Origin: Candidatus Adlerbacteria bacterium
GTDB taxonomy: Bacteria; Patescibacteriota; Minisyncoccia; Phycocordibacterales; SBAW01
Assembly (NCBI GenBank): GCA_028286685.1
Contig: JAQBRA010000004.1
Location: 12,898 to 76,897 of the forward strand
Reading direction: 5' to 3'
Length of the DNA stretch: 64,000 nt
Below the pieces are notes generated by a model, which did no database searches, was not told where the DNA came from, and worked only from the letters and a program-made list of their open reading frames with translations. Position 1 is the stretch's first letter, and each line of letters begins with the position of its first letter. Position numbers and translations under genes: made by a program. Positions 46,400-56,364 of the stretch are shown here, one piece after another.

Positions 46400-47452
46400 T
46401 TATACCAGCGCTAAAGCGAGGCCTGCTATTGCAGCCATAACGCTCACGATCCAGTAGCGCATCGTGACCTTATACGCGGGCCAGCCTATCGCCTCAAAGT
46501 GATGATGCAGTGGCGCAATGCGGAAAATCTTGCGACCCAGTACTTTCTTGCCGAATATTTGGATGATGTTCGATGCGACCGTCGCAACCAAAGGCAGTGC
46601 GATAAGCGGCAAAACCGAGACGCCCTTGCCGCCGCCCTTAACGTCGGTCAAAAATGCCACCACTACCAGAGCAATGGTCAGCGCCATGCTGCCGGTTTCT
46701 GAAAGGTAAAAGCGCGCCGGCGGGATATTGAACCAGAGGAATGCCAAGAGGCCGCCAGCCAGAGCCGCGCACAGCGCCGCGATGTCGAACTGGTTCTGGA
46801 AGAACGCGATGCCCGCATAGGCCGAGAAAATCGTGGCAAAGATGCCTCCGGCCAGTCCGTCGAGCCCGTCTATGACGCCGCCTGCATATATAAAGAGCGT
46901 AACCAGGACAAACAGCGGGATAAAGAGGATGCCCAGCTCGAGCGGCCCCGGCATAAACGGTACCGTAACGGAGGAGACGTCGAGTTTGTCGTAAAACCAC
47001 CAGGCGCACAGGACAGCGACGGTCGCCACGAACATAAGGCGCACGCGCAGCCGCAGGCCCTGGCGGCCCGATACTTCAAACAGGTCGTCCGCAAAGCCAA
47101 CCAGTGCGCCCATTGCCATGGCGGCCAGAGGCACCCAGGTCTGCGCGCGGCTGATAAACGCGAGCGTGCCGAATGCGTCGGGGAATATGCGCGCCAAGAG
47201 CGAGAGCAAGTCCGCAGTTAAAAGGACGCTTGCCCATACCACAATGCCGCCGAAGCGCGGCGTGCCGACCTCTTTTAGCTCATGGAGGCGGTTAAACTCG
47301 GTGGCCGCGGTGCCGTCCATGGCAATCTTGCCGCCTTTGGGCTTCCACATCTTGTACTTGTACAGGTAGTGGGCCAGAAACGGCGTAATGAGCACTCCTA
47401 TCAGAAAGGCCAAGGTGGCGGGCACGAATATGCGCATTACCTCGAAGGTCAT
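46400..47452 (-). CDS. mraY: Phospho-MurNAc-pentapeptide transferase
   Basis: GTPRFGG, GFADD, DGLDGLA, FLWFN..PA, APLHHHFE. Confidence 0.95.
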   Translation of the reverse strand: MTFEVMRIFVPATLAFLIGVLITPFLAHYLYKYKMWKPKGGKIAMDGTAATEFNRLHELKEVGTPRFGGIVVWASVLLTADLLSLLARIFPDAFGTLAFISRAQTWVPLAAMAMGALVGFADDLFEVSGRQGLRLRVRLMFVATVAVLCAWWFYDKLDVSSVTVPFMPGPLELGILFIPLFVLVTLFIYAGGVIDGLDGLAGGIFATIFSAYAGIAFFQNQFDIAALCAALAGGLLAFLWFNIPPARFYLSETGSMALTIALVVVAFLTDVKGGGKGVSVLPLIALPLVATVASNIIQIFGKKVLGRKIFRIAPLHHHFEAIGWPAYKVTMRYWIVSVMAAIAGLALALV

Positions 47453-47510
47453 AGATTTATGTACCTAGTATAGCCCAAAATAAGGCTTTTTCTGAGCCTG
47501 CGGGGCCTAC

Positions 47511-47539
47511 TTGACAAATACATCATTTGGGTGTACAAT
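47511..47539 (+). promoter_or_regulatory. sigma70-type promoter
   Basis: TTGACA-N17-TACAAT with a TG extension. Confidence 0.7.
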
Positions 47540-47597
47540 GGGTTCAGGACCAGTACCGGTCACACAACCCAACATTCTCTAACCCCAAGAGGACGCC

Positions 47598-48014
47598 ATG
47601 AGCGCTTATGATGGATACACAGGGCGCCTTCTTGAGGACAAGGTCCTCGGCAGGTGCACTTCCAAGCATCGCGGCTATATGCGATGGAGCGAAGCGGCTG
47701 CAGAGGTTCGCAAGAGCCAGCCAGCAGCGAAGGCGGCAGTAGCCGCAAGCCTCGAGCAGGAACTTCGCCGCAAGCTTCCGGGTGTCGATGTGCGGTTTTA
47801 TACCGCGGTCGGCTCTACGCTCGACCTGATGCACAGCGTCGACGGATTCTTCGTGTTTGAGGGCGTAGTCACGGTGACTATCGACCTGACGATGAATCCG
47901 AACAAGGACGCCTGCAAGGCGGACGTTCTCGTCACTGCGGACGACCTGGAGTCTCTTTCGATCGTCGCGCATCGCGTGGCGCGCGAGCTGCAAACCAAAT
48001 TGGAGAGAATGTAG
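47598..48014 (+). CDS. Hypothetical protein (possible PD-(D/E)XK-like fold)
   Basis: AGAGGA SD; LD..HSVDGFF...VTIDLT motif. Confidence 0.6.
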   Translation: MSAYDGYTGRLLEDKVLGRCTSKHRGYMRWSEAAAEVRKSQPAAKAAVAASLEQELRRKLPGVDVRFYTAVGSTLDLMHSVDGFFVFEGVVTVTIDLTMNPNKDACKADVLVTADDLESLSIVAHRVARELQTKLERM

Positions 48015-48015
48015 T

Positions 48016-48261
48016 ATGTGTGCGAAGCCTTCTCACCATTCGCGTAGTTATTTCTTTGAGTGCTCCAGCTGCGGGACTTATCCCGTTGACGAAAGCTCAC
48101 TGAGAAATTTCATTACGCGCAAGCTGAAGCAAAGCCTGGCCGACGAGCTCGCTCAAGGCGCTGCGGGAGCCAAGCTTAAGTTTAAGAATGGCTGCCCCAG
48201 ATGTAAGCCGGACGCGACTCACGAAACTGAGCTGGTAACGCTCAAGCGACAAACGCACTAA
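48016..48261 (+). CDS. Small zinc-ribbon protein
   Basis: CSSC ... CPRC; directly follows the previous ORF. Confidence 0.55.
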   Translation: MCAKPSHHSRSYFFECSSCGTYPVDESSLRNFITRKLKQSLADELAQGAAGAKLKFKNGCPRCKPDATHETELVTLKRQTH

Positions 48262-48435
48262 CCAACCCACCGAAGCTGCAGAAATCCACCGGATTCTCTG
48301 TAGTTCGGTGGGTTTTCTTTTTTATACCAGTATTTAAAATATAAGTTGACAATAAGTTTCAATAGGTGTGTAGTAGTAAAAGATAGATAAGTTCCAATAT
48401 AAGTCCGGTGCCACAAAATAAATCGGAGGCAATCT

Positions 48436-49128
48436 ATGCGCATTCTTTTGATCGAAGACCACCCTCCCACTGCTCAGTCGATGATAGTTATGCTTGAGTC
48501 CGAGGGCTGTGTGGTTGATACGACAGCTCGCGGGCAAGACGGCATGGATCTCGCTAAGCTCTACGATTACGACATCATTCTGCTGGATATAGGCCTGCCG
48601 GACATGTCCGGCTTCGAAGTTATTCGGTTGCTGCGAATTTCCAAGATTAAGACGCCGATCATGGTCGTGTCCGGCCTCGCCGGCACGCACGACAAGGTTA
48701 AAGGTCTCATCTTCGGCGCCGACGACTATATAACCAAGCCCTTCCACAAGGACGAGCTGGTCGCCCGTATCCATGCTATCGTGCGGCGCTCCAGGGGCCA
48801 CGCGCAATCGACTATCCAGATTGGCGACCTGGTAATCAATCTCGACGCCAAAACGGTCAAGGTAAATGACCGGCAGGTGCACCTGAGCAAGAAGGAATAC
48901 CGCACGCTAGAACTGCTTTCTCTTAGGAGAGGCATAACAATCACCAAGGAGATGTTCCTAACCCATCTCTATGGTGGGATGGACGAGCCTGAAGACTTGA
49001 TCATTAATAGGTTCATCTGCAATCTTCGCAAGAAGCTGGCTCATGCCTCTGACGGCAAAAGCTATATCGAAACCGTCTGGGGTAGAGGCTATAAGATACC
49101 CGAACTAGACGCTGAAGCTACAGCCTGA
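48436..49128 (+). CDS. ctrA: CtrA-like OmpR-family response regulator (alphaproteobacterial cell-cycle regulator homolog)
   Basis: YDYDIILLD(51), [72 protein letters not shown]: near-diagnostic CtrA strings; GGAGG SD. Confidence 0.9.
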   Translation: MRILLIEDHPPTAQSMIVMLESEGCVVDTTARGQDGMDLAKLYDYDIILLDIGLPDMSGFEVIRLLRISKIKTPIMVVSGLAGTHDKVKGLIFGADDYITKPFHKDELVARIHAIVRRSRGHAQSTIQIGDLVINLDAKTVKVNDRQVHLSKKEYRTLELLSLRRGITITKEMFLTHLYGGMDEPEDLIINRFICNLRKKLAHASDGKSYIETVWGRGYKIPELDAEATA

Positions 49129-49191
49129 TTAAAAGGCCTTCAAATAGCAAACCCCTGGCCGAAATGCCAGGGATTTTTCTATGTTCTAAAA

Positions 49192-49749
49192 TTACTCAGA
49201 CGCCGAAACTTCGGTGCTCTCCTTTTGCCTATAGGCGTCCTCCAATTTTGAAAGTTTTTCGCGGACGTCGTTATAGTCAGGCAGGTCTTGGGCACGCTGG
49301 ACACCCAGGGTGGCCAAAAGCTCGGTCGTGGGCTCAAACAGGAACGAGCGCGAGTCCTTGGGGTTGGCAATTTTGCGCACCATGCCGCGCATCGTGAGCG
49401 TGCGCAGGGTCTGGCTTGAGTTTACGCCGCGGATAAAGTCGATCTCAGAGCGGGTCAGCGGGCCGCGATACAACACAGCAGCCAAAACTTCCTGCCCTGC
49501 CTTGCCCAGCTCGCGCGCGTATTCGTCCTTGCGGATCCGCTCTATCATTTCGGCAGCTTGGGGTGCTGCGCGCAGCTCGACTACCGTGCCGTCGTCTACC
49601 AGCACGACTCCCCCGCTCTGGGATGCTTCTTGTAAGGCAGCGGCTACGTCTTCGGCGCTAACGCCCAGCTGCTTAGCCAGTTCGGCGCGCGACAAAGGCC
49701 GGCCCAGGGCAAACAGGAGCGCCTCTATTTTTATGCGCAGATCATTCAT
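49192..49749 (-). CDS. scpB: Segregation and condensation protein B
   Basis: IEALLF, Y.GP.TRSEIDFIRGVNS. Confidence 0.92.
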   Translation of the reverse strand: MNDLRIKIEALLFALGRPLSRAELAKQLGVSAEDVAAALQEASQSGGVVLVDDGTVVELRAAPQAAEMIERIRKDEYARELGKAGQEVLAAVLYRGPLTRSEIDFIRGVNSSQTLRTLTMRGMVRKIANPKDSRSFLFEPTTELLATLGVQRAQDLPDYNDVREKLSKLEDAYRQKESTEVSASE

Positions 49750-50476
49750 AAGTGGGGGTAGAGACCGAGTCGGACTCCATTGTTATATCACCGAAATCCT
49801 CCTCCTGCTGCGCCCGCAGTATCCCCTGCTTAACGAGTTCCAAGAGGGCCAGGAAGCTTACCACTACGCCGTAGCGCACCTCCTGGGACTGCGCCTTATT
49901 AAGGCCGCTAAACTCCTTAAAGCTCATGCGGAAGGCGCTCGAAATCCGCTGGCTCATCTGCCCTATCATTTCCTCGAGCGAAACAATTTTCTTAACCTCG
50001 ACCTTGGGCAGCGCCAAGGTCTGCGGAAAGCCCTGTATGAGCATTTGTGCGGCCTCGCGCAGGGAGGCCGGAGTGACGGCACTGTCGGGGATAAATAGCG
50101 GCTCGGGCTCCGGCGTATTACCTTCGTACAGATAGGGCGCGCTCAGCTGCGAGCCCAGCCCTTTTGCCGCCTCTTTTATAAGCTGGTAGAGCGCCAGGCG
50201 GTACTCCAGCTCTTTGATGTCGCGCGATTCGTCTTCGCTTAACTGGAGCGTCGGCAAAAGCGAGCGCGACTTGATAAGCAGGAGCGTTGCGGCAAGCGCA
50301 ATAAACTCGGCCGTCTCGCCTACCGGCAGGTTGTCCCTGGCATTGATGCGCGCAATGTATTCGTCGGTTACTTGTGCCAGCGAAATATCATTGATAAGCA
50401 GCTTGCGCTTCTCGATAAGCTCCAAGAGCATCTCAAGCGGCCCTTCGTATACGGCTGTTTTAACCTCGATTGGCAT
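49742..50476 (-). CDS. scpA: Segregation and condensation protein A
   Basis: EGPLEMLL.LI, LLLIKSRSLLP, FLALLELVK. Confidence 0.93.
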   Translation of the reverse strand: MPIEVKTAVYEGPLEMLLELIEKRKLLINDISLAQVTDEYIARINARDNLPVGETAEFIALAATLLLIKSRSLLPTLQLSEDESRDIKELEYRLALYQLIKEAAKGLGSQLSAPYLYEGNTPEPEPLFIPDSAVTPASLREAAQMLIQGFPQTLALPKVEVKKIVSLEEMIGQMSQRISSAFRMSFKEFSGLNKAQSQEVRYGVVVSFLALLELVKQGILRAQQEEDFGDITMESDSVSTPTYE

Positions 50477-50478
50477 AC

Positions 50479-51708
50479 TTATAGTACGAATTGCCCGTCC
50501 TTATAGATAACCTTGGTTTTACCATCCTTAAGATGCGCGGTAACGGTGCGTCGCGCGGTTGAGAACATGTCGGTGTGGACTGAGGAGTCGTTGTAGCCCA
50601 AGCGCTCCTTGTCCTTCTCGGTAAGTTTGGACGGATCTCCCGCGTAGGTGTCGGCATAGGCGGAACCCACGGCAATATGCGTGTTGCCCTGCGGGCCCCC
50701 GATGTTCTCGTCGTACAGCGTCTCGGCCATAAACTTGGTAATGCGCGAGTGGCGGCTATCGGTCAGGGAAAATTCTCCCACGCGGTCAGCGCCGGGCATG
50801 GCTATCATCTGCTTTACATAGGCCTCGCCTTTCTTGGCTTTGACCTTTACTACTTTCCCCTTTTCAAACCATAGCTCGATGCCGTTGGCGTAATTGCCGT
50901 CGCGGTAGAGCGGCTGGTTAAAGCGGATCCAGCCCTCGGTGCCGCGCCAGTCCGGCGACGTAAATATCTCAAAGCTCGGAATATTGCGCCCGCTGCCGCA
51001 GAGCCATTGGCGCTTCTCTCCCAGCTTGATCCATAGGTTAATGTCCGGACCCTCTACATGGAGCCGGTCTGTCTGAGGCGCGAGCCGGTTAAGCTTCTGG
51101 CGGTACTTCTCCATCCCCCGGTAGGTTTCCTTCCATTTGGCTATCGGGTCTTTCTCGTTAAGGAAGCAGGCATCGATAATCTGTTGCCAGTATTCCTTGA
51201 TAGAAAGCTTCGCCTCTTTTGCCATGGCAGGCGTGCCCCAGAGCGCTATGCACCAGGTAAATTTGCCCGCGTGCTCCTTTTCGTTGCGCCAGTCCATAAA
51301 CGGCTTGCGCGAAGCGCCGCGGCGCATGACCTTTTGTGGGTCGATGCCCTTGAGCGCATGCGGATGATTGTCCCCGACAATAAAGAGCAAGTGGTCTATC
51401 TCATCAATTAGGCCTTTGTAGTATTTGGCCGGAAAGTGGTCGAGCTGGTGGTCCTTTGCGCGCTCGAAAAACTCGCGGCTTAGGTTGTAGCGGCCCTCGC
51501 CCTCGGGCTGGTACTGCATAATGACGTGCCCGCCGGCGTCTAAGACCGCGTTGCGCACCGCCAGAAAGAGCGGCTCGCAGGACTGCGACCCGTTGATGCA
51601 GACAACGTCGCCCTTCTTTATCCCCTTGCCGCCGCCCAGCGCGAAGTTGACCAGCACATCGGCATATTTCTCCAGTACCGCCTTCTTTGGCGCGTAGCCC
51701 TTTGCCAT
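50479..51708 (-). CDS. M29 aminopeptidase (PepS/AmpT family)
   Basis: LEKYADVLV, NIPSFEIFTSP, GEFSL, LYDENIGG, HIAVG, NDSSVHTD. Confidence 0.9.
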   Translation of the reverse strand: MAKGYAPKKAVLEKYADVLVNFALGGGKGIKKGDVVCINGSQSCEPLFLAVRNAVLDAGGHVIMQYQPEGEGRYNLSREFFERAKDHQLDHFPAKYYKGLIDEIDHLLFIVGDNHPHALKGIDPQKVMRRGASRKPFMDWRNEKEHAGKFTWCIALWGTPAMAKEAKLSIKEYWQQIIDACFLNEKDPIAKWKETYRGMEKYRQKLNRLAPQTDRLHVEGPDINLWIKLGEKRQWLCGSGRNIPSFEIFTSPDWRGTEGWIRFNQPLYRDGNYANGIELWFEKGKVVKVKAKKGEAYVKQMIAMPGADRVGEFSLTDSRHSRITKFMAETLYDENIGGPQGNTHIAVGSAYADTYAGDPSKLTEKDKERLGYNDSSVHTDMFSTARRTVTAHLKDGKTKVIYKDGQFVL

Positions 51709-51778
51709 ATGCACAAAGTATAGCTTTTTAAGCCTTATAGCGTAAGGCTGTAGAGGTCGGCGCAAAGTTATCCACATA

Positions 51779-51799
51779 GTACCTTGTACAACAAGGTAC
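51779..51799. promoter_or_regulatory. Palindromic operator, likely PadR autoregulatory site
   Basis: gtaccttgt-aca-acaaggtac perfect 9-bp inverted repeat about 20 nt upstream of padR. Confidence 0.7.
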
Positions 51800-51818
51800 C
51801 TGGTGCTACTGTTGGGGT

Positions 51819-52163
51819 ATGAAGCCAAGCGACGAGATAGTGTCGGAGAAAAAGGCGCAGATGCGCCGGGGCCTGCTGGAGTTCTGCATCCTGCTTGCGA
51901 TAAGCGACGGACGTGCGTACTCCTCCGATATTTTAAAAAAGCTGAAGGATGCGGACCTGTTAGTAGTTGAAGGCACCCTCTATCCCCTGCTCTCGCGCCT
52001 GCGGGCACAGGAACTGGTGGCATACGACTGGGAGGAATCCAAGTCCGGCCCCCCGCGCAAGTATTACGAGCTGACCCGCCACGGGCGCGAAACGCTCCTA
52101 AATCTGCAGAAAACCTGGAAGGAGCTCCATCGCTCGATTATCACCTTAGAAGACGCTAAGTAA
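51819..52163 (+). CDS. PadR-family transcriptional regulator
   Basis: QMRRGLLEFCIL, VEGTLYPLLSRL, GPPRKYY.LT. Confidence 0.92.
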   Translation: MKPSDEIVSEKKAQMRRGLLEFCILLAISDGRAYSSDILKKLKDADLLVVEGTLYPLLSRLRAQELVAYDWEESKSGPPRKYYELTRHGRETLLNLQKTWKELHRSIITLEDAK

Positions 52164-52168
52164 TTATT

Positions 52169-53764
52169 ATGGAAAAGACCATCAACATAGTCATCGCCTC
52201 GACCCAGTTCGCGCTCGAGGAGCGCGCGTACGAAAAGCTGCACGCCTACCTCCAGTCGCTCAAGGCGCATTTCGCCACGCCCGAGGGCAAAGAGATCCTG
52301 CACGACATAGAGTCCCGCGTAGCGGAGAAGCTTTTGGAGAAAAAGCATGCGGTCATAACCGAGGCGGACGTCGACGTGATAATGGCCGAGATGGGCGACG
52401 CCTCCGAGCTTGATTCCGAGGATGCGCAGCCCGCGCCTGCGGCGGGCGGCAGCCACAAGAAGCTGTACCGCGATCAGGACGACGCCCTTATCGGCGGCGT
52501 GTCCTCGGGGATCGCGGCCTATCTCGACGTAGACCCTATATTCGTCCGGGCGGCCTTTATCGTCACCGCGTTCTTCGGCGGCACGGGCATATGGGTGTAC
52601 CTCCTTTTGTGGGTGCTCATGCCCGCAGCGACGAGCGCGAGCCAAAAGCTCGAGATGCGCGGGAGCGCCGTAACCCTCGACGCTATCAAGCGCATGGTGC
52701 ACGAGCGCACCGACGAGATCCGCAAGCGCGGCACGTTTAAAAAATTCATCTACTTCCCCTTCGAGGTGCTGGGGGCAATACTGCGGTTTTTGACCGGCAG
52801 CCTCCTGCCGGTGCTGGCGCGCGTATTCGGCGTCTTATGCGCAGCCGGCGCCTTCTTCGGCGCTATCGGCCTCACCATCCTCTTGGGCATCATCGTCTCT
52901 AACTGGAACGCCTCGTATGTCGACTTGCCGTTGCAAGAGATTGTCTCGCCCCTGCTATGGGGCACGGTCTTAGTGGCCGGATACTTGGCCGCGCTTATTC
53001 CTCTTGTCTTGATATTTTCCCTGGGCTGGCGCTTAGTGCGCGGCCGGAGCCTCTTCCCGTCCTCTATAGGCCTAGGGCTTATCGGCCTGTGGGCGCTGGT
53101 GGCGGTAGTTGCCGGGGTATCCGGCGCGCGCATCGGCAGCAACTACTACTCCTACGTTTCTACCAGTCCTGAGTATCAGGAAGTAGTGCAGACTCTGGCG
53201 CCCGGAGAATTTGCCAGCATTGCGGCAACAGAGAAGCATGTCACGATAAAAAACGGGCCGGCCTATGCCGTGGAACTCCGGGGCGTGCAAATGGATATGG
53301 ACAACATTGTAGTTGAGAACAAGGAGGGCGTGCTCTCTATCGGAACGCACTTTGAGGCTGAAAGCTGCATTTTCTGCCGCCACTCATCGCCCTCGGTTAC
53401 GGTTATCGTCCCCTATCTCGACCAAATTACTTTGCGCGATGCTTCGATACAATTTGAATCGTATGCCGACGACAGCCTTTCAATCGACGCGCGCAACTCC
53501 AGCGCAAGCGGACGGCTGACCGTAGCCAGCCTGATTCTTAAAGCAGAAGACTCCTATGTCGGGCTTGAGGGCGCCGCAGGCATTGCCACGGTAACCCTGG
53601 ACGATTCGCGCTTTGCGGGCGAGGACTTCCTGGTACAAACGTCTACCCTGTCCCTGAGCGATTCTTCCGCCACTATTAACTCCTCGACGACCCCCGTCAT
53701 AACCCGCAACAGCGACAGCGTGGTAATGGATGCCGACGGCAATCAAATCGGCAGGCAGGAATAA
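52169..53764 (+). CDS. PspC-domain membrane protein with C-terminal DUF2807-like beta domain
   Basis: KLYRD.DD..IGGVSSGIA.YL, YLLLWVLMP.A; typical PadR partner. Confidence 0.85.
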   Translation: MEKTINIVIASTQFALEERAYEKLHAYLQSLKAHFATPEGKEILHDIESRVAEKLLEKKHAVITEADVDVIMAEMGDASELDSEDAQPAPAAGGSHKKLYRDQDDALIGGVSSGIAAYLDVDPIFVRAAFIVTAFFGGTGIWVYLLLWVLMPAATSASQKLEMRGSAVTLDAIKRMVHERTDEIRKRGTFKKFIYFPFEVLGAILRFLTGSLLPVLARVFGVLCAAGAFFGAIGLTILLGIIVSNWNASYVDLPLQEIVSPLLWGTVLVAGYLAALIPLVLIFSLGWRLVRGRSLFPSSIGLGLIGLWALVAVVAGVSGARIGSNYYSYVSTSPEYQEVVQTLAPGEFASIAATEKHVTIKNGPAYAVELRGVQMDMDNIVVENKEGVLSIGTHFEAESCIFCRHSSPSVTVIVPYLDQITLRDASIQFESYADDSLSIDARNSSASGRLTVASLILKAEDSYVGLEGAAGIATVTLDDSRFAGEDFLVQTSTLSLSDSSATINSSTTPVITRNSDSVVMDADGNQIGRQE

Positions 53765-53801
53765 GAAAAACGGCCGCTCTTGCGAGCGGCCGTTGCGCGT
53801 T

Positions 53802-54374
53802 TTACGCCGGTTCCCATGGCTTGGAAACGAACAGGTACAGGGTCATTTTGCCCAGCCCGGCGTTGCTGGAAGGAACTGAAGAAGCGCTGCAGGGCTCCTC
53901 CGGCACGGGATACCAGAGGCCGAAGTATTTGGCATCATCCGTCTTGTTCGACGGTTCCGTTGCAAGAAGCCCGGGCCCTTTCCTGTCTTTCTTGTTCTTG
54001 GCAGGAAAGCAGTCCTTGATATTTGGTATCGCCCGCGCTACTGCGAGAAGATGGTAAGGGCTTGCCAGTTGGAAGCCGTGTCCCAGGCCCCAGGTAACCG
54101 CTCCATATATGCCTGGGACAAAGCTGGGCCTTACCAGGCATATGCGCAGCAAGCCTCCGGGATGCGTCCCGGGGACCTTAAAGTGCCGGCCGAGGCTGGC
54201 AAGTTCGTAGTGCAGCTTGGTTTCGGATGCCACCTCTTTTACCTGCTCCGCCCAAGGCCTCCTGTCCGCTACATACGGAATGTCCGCATAATGCACCACT
54301 TCCCCGTCCACTTCTTGGGAAGTAAAAGGGTTCGCTATAACTTTTGGCTGCGCTGGTACAAGCCGGAGGCTCAT
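53802..54374 (-). CDS. Hypothetical protein
   Basis: 190 aa, AGGAGAGG SD. Confidence 0.6.
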   Translation of the reverse strand: MSLRLVPAQPKVIANPFTSQEVDGEVVHYADIPYVADRRPWAEQVKEVASETKLHYELASLGRHFKVPGTHPGGLLRICLVRPSFVPGIYGAVTWGLGHGFQLASPYHLLAVARAIPNIKDCFPAKNKKDRKGPGLLATEPSNKTDDAKYFGLWYPVPEEPCSASSVPSSNAGLGKMTLYLFVSKPWEPA

Positions 54375-54526
54375 TTCCCTCTCCTTTGGGTTATTTCAAT
54401 CTGAATAGACGGTAGCATACCTGTGCCTGGGCGTCTATTTTAGGATTCTGGCAATACTTGACAAATATAGTAAATAGGAGTATACTTTAAAACAGGTATA
54501 ACGTTCACACAACCTGGAGCTTGCGC

Positions 54527-54889
54527 ATGTTCGTTTCCCGCCCTATTTTCCTTTCTGTTGCAGCCTCCGCTCTTATTGCGGCAGCTATCGTCGGCCTGCC
54601 TGCTGCTTTTAAGTGGGCCCAGCCGGCTCAGGTGGAAACCTGCAGCTCGCCCGGAATCCACCTGGTCTCGCTCCCCTCCTCTCGGATCGAGAGAAGCGGT
54701 CTCGTTATCGGCGTCGTGTACACGACAGCCGGCTACGGATACCGCATGGGCGGCAAGGAGGTTGGTATTAAGGTGTCCAACTTCGGCGTCACTCAGTGGA
54801 GCAACGAGCCCCGGCTGGTTGCCATCAAGGCCAAGGAGAAGTTCTGCGTATTGGAAGAGACTACGCAGATGGTCGCACAAGCACAATAG
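54527..54889 (+). CDS. Hypothetical exported or membrane-anchored protein
   Basis: Promoter TTGACA-N17-TATACT (54458-54486), GGAG SD, N-terminal hydrophobic segment. Confidence 0.6.
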   Translation: MFVSRPIFLSVAASALIAAAIVGLPAAFKWAQPAQVETCSSPGIHLVSLPSSRIERSGLVIGVVYTTAGYGYRMGGKEVGIKVSNFGVTQWSNEPRLVAIKAKEKFCVLEETTQMVAQAQ

Positions 54890-55005
54890 TCTATCGCCCA
54901 CCGAAAAGTCGCCCACTCTGGGCCACCTCGGTGGGCGATTTTTATTTGACATCTTCTTATATCTTTACTACAGTATCTTTCAGAAAACACAGGGAGGAGT
55001 TTTAT

Positions 55006-55353
55006 ATGAGCATGTTCCTTACTCGGCCCCATCCTTTGCGGCCCTGGTGGCAGCAGGGCCTGAGGTGGCTCTGGAACCTGGTCGGCTGGATCGTTCCCGC
55101 CGCTCAAGACGTCTTCGACCAGGATTGCGGTCCGGATCATCAAAGAGGGGTCCAGGTGCTGTTTGTAGCGCATCTGGCAATGCAGGTAGCCTTGTGGGCC
55201 ACTTGGGCTATGAGCAATGCTGGAACTGCGTGGCTCGCGGTAACCGCTGTTGGTTCAGTCGCCCTCTATCTTCTCTTGGGCGGCATGTACGTCGTCAAAT
55301 TGCTGGAAATGGGCGGCTCCTATCATGACGAGCCAAAACCGCGTCCGTGGTAA
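55006..55353 (+). CDS. Hypothetical membrane protein
   Basis: Promoter TTGACA-N17-TACAGT (54946-54974), GGAGG SD, two TM helices. Confidence 0.6.
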   Translation: MSMFLTRPHPLRPWWQQGLRWLWNLVGWIVPAAQDVFDQDCGPDHQRGVQVLFVAHLAMQVALWATWAMSNAGTAWLAVTAVGSVALYLLLGGMYVVKLLEMGGSYHDEPKPRPW

Positions 55354-55391
55354 AAACGCCGCGCCGATTATTCATCGGCGCGGCTTTCTTT

Positions 55392-55658
55392 TTACTTACC
55401 GATCAGCTCGTCTATGTAGCACCACTTCCAGTCCTCGCCGGGCTGGAATGATTTTATGACCGGGTGCTGCGTGGCATGAAAGTGCTTGGTCGCGTGCTTA
55501 TTCTTGGAGTTGTCGCAACAGCCGACGTGTCCGCAGGTAAGGCATAGGCGCAAATGCACCCAAGTATCACCCATCTTTAAACACTCCTCGCACCCCTCCG
55601 GGGTCCGCGCCGGGGTGGAAGTATCAGCTTTTTCAATATGTTCGCAAGTTTCAGCCAT
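55392..55658 (-). CDS. UBP-type zinc finger protein
   Basis: CEECL..GDTWVHLRLCLTCGHVGCCD.S..KHA..H. Confidence 0.9.
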   Translation of the reverse strand: MAETCEHIEKADTSTPARTPEGCEECLKMGDTWVHLRLCLTCGHVGCCDNSKNKHATKHFHATQHPVIKSFQPGEDWKWCYIDELIGK

Positions 55659-55750
55659 GACCCATTATATCATTTTGAGCTTAGTGGCACTTCGTTTCCC
55701 GCACCTTAACCGACTTTTCATTATGTGTGGGCATTACTTAGGCGTACGGC

Positions 55751-56338
55751 ATGATCACGATCCGCGAAGTCGATAGACTCGAGTCTTTTAGCGATGCGGT
55801 GTTCGCTATTGTCATCACAATAGCGGTTCTTGCGTTGCGTGTACCCCAGCAAGCGACTCTCGAGTCGCTCAGGGATATTTTGCCTATTTTTCTTGTCTAT
55901 ATTTTTAGTTTTCAAACCATCGGTACCTATTGGAACAACCACCATCACCTTTTACAGGCAAGCAAACGCATAAGCACCAAGATCATGTGGGCCAACCTCC
56001 ACCTATTGTTTTGGATATCGCTCATACCATTTACCATGGAGTGGCTCGGTAAAAATATAGGCGCCATATGGTCCACAGCTGCTTTTGCTTTTGTTTTACT
56101 TATGTGCGGCGTGGCTTATAGAATCCTGGTGTTTACTATCGTGTTTCACCATGGCCAGGATTCTGAGCTCGCGCACGCAATTGGCAATGACGCTAAAGGA
56201 TGGATTTCAATTGGCGCTTACGTGCTGGCGCTTATCTTAGCCTTTGTTGCCCCGTGGGCATCATATGTGGTCGTGGTGCTGGTCGCGCTTATGTGGTTTA
56301 TACCCGATAAGCGGTTACAGGGGCAATTAAAAAATTAG
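55751..56338 (+). CDS. TMEM175-family (DUF1211) K+ channel
   Basis: RLESFSDAVFAI..TI, YWNNHH, ANLHLLFW.SLIPF. Confidence 0.9.
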   Translation: MITIREVDRLESFSDAVFAIVITIAVLALRVPQQATLESLRDILPIFLVYIFSFQTIGTYWNNHHHLLQASKRISTKIMWANLHLLFWISLIPFTMEWLGKNIGAIWSTAAFAFVLLMCGVAYRILVFTIVFHHGQDSELAHAIGNDAKGWISIGAYVLALILAFVAPWASYVVVVLVALMWFIPDKRLQGQLKN

Positions 56339-56364
56339 CGCCATTCGGATCTTTCAGTTCCGCC

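Noticed and set aside
51768-51799. DnaA box plus palindrome as oriC
   Set aside because: A single box with no DUE and no dnaA/dnaN; strand signals indicate a terminus, and the palindrome is better explained as a PadR operator.
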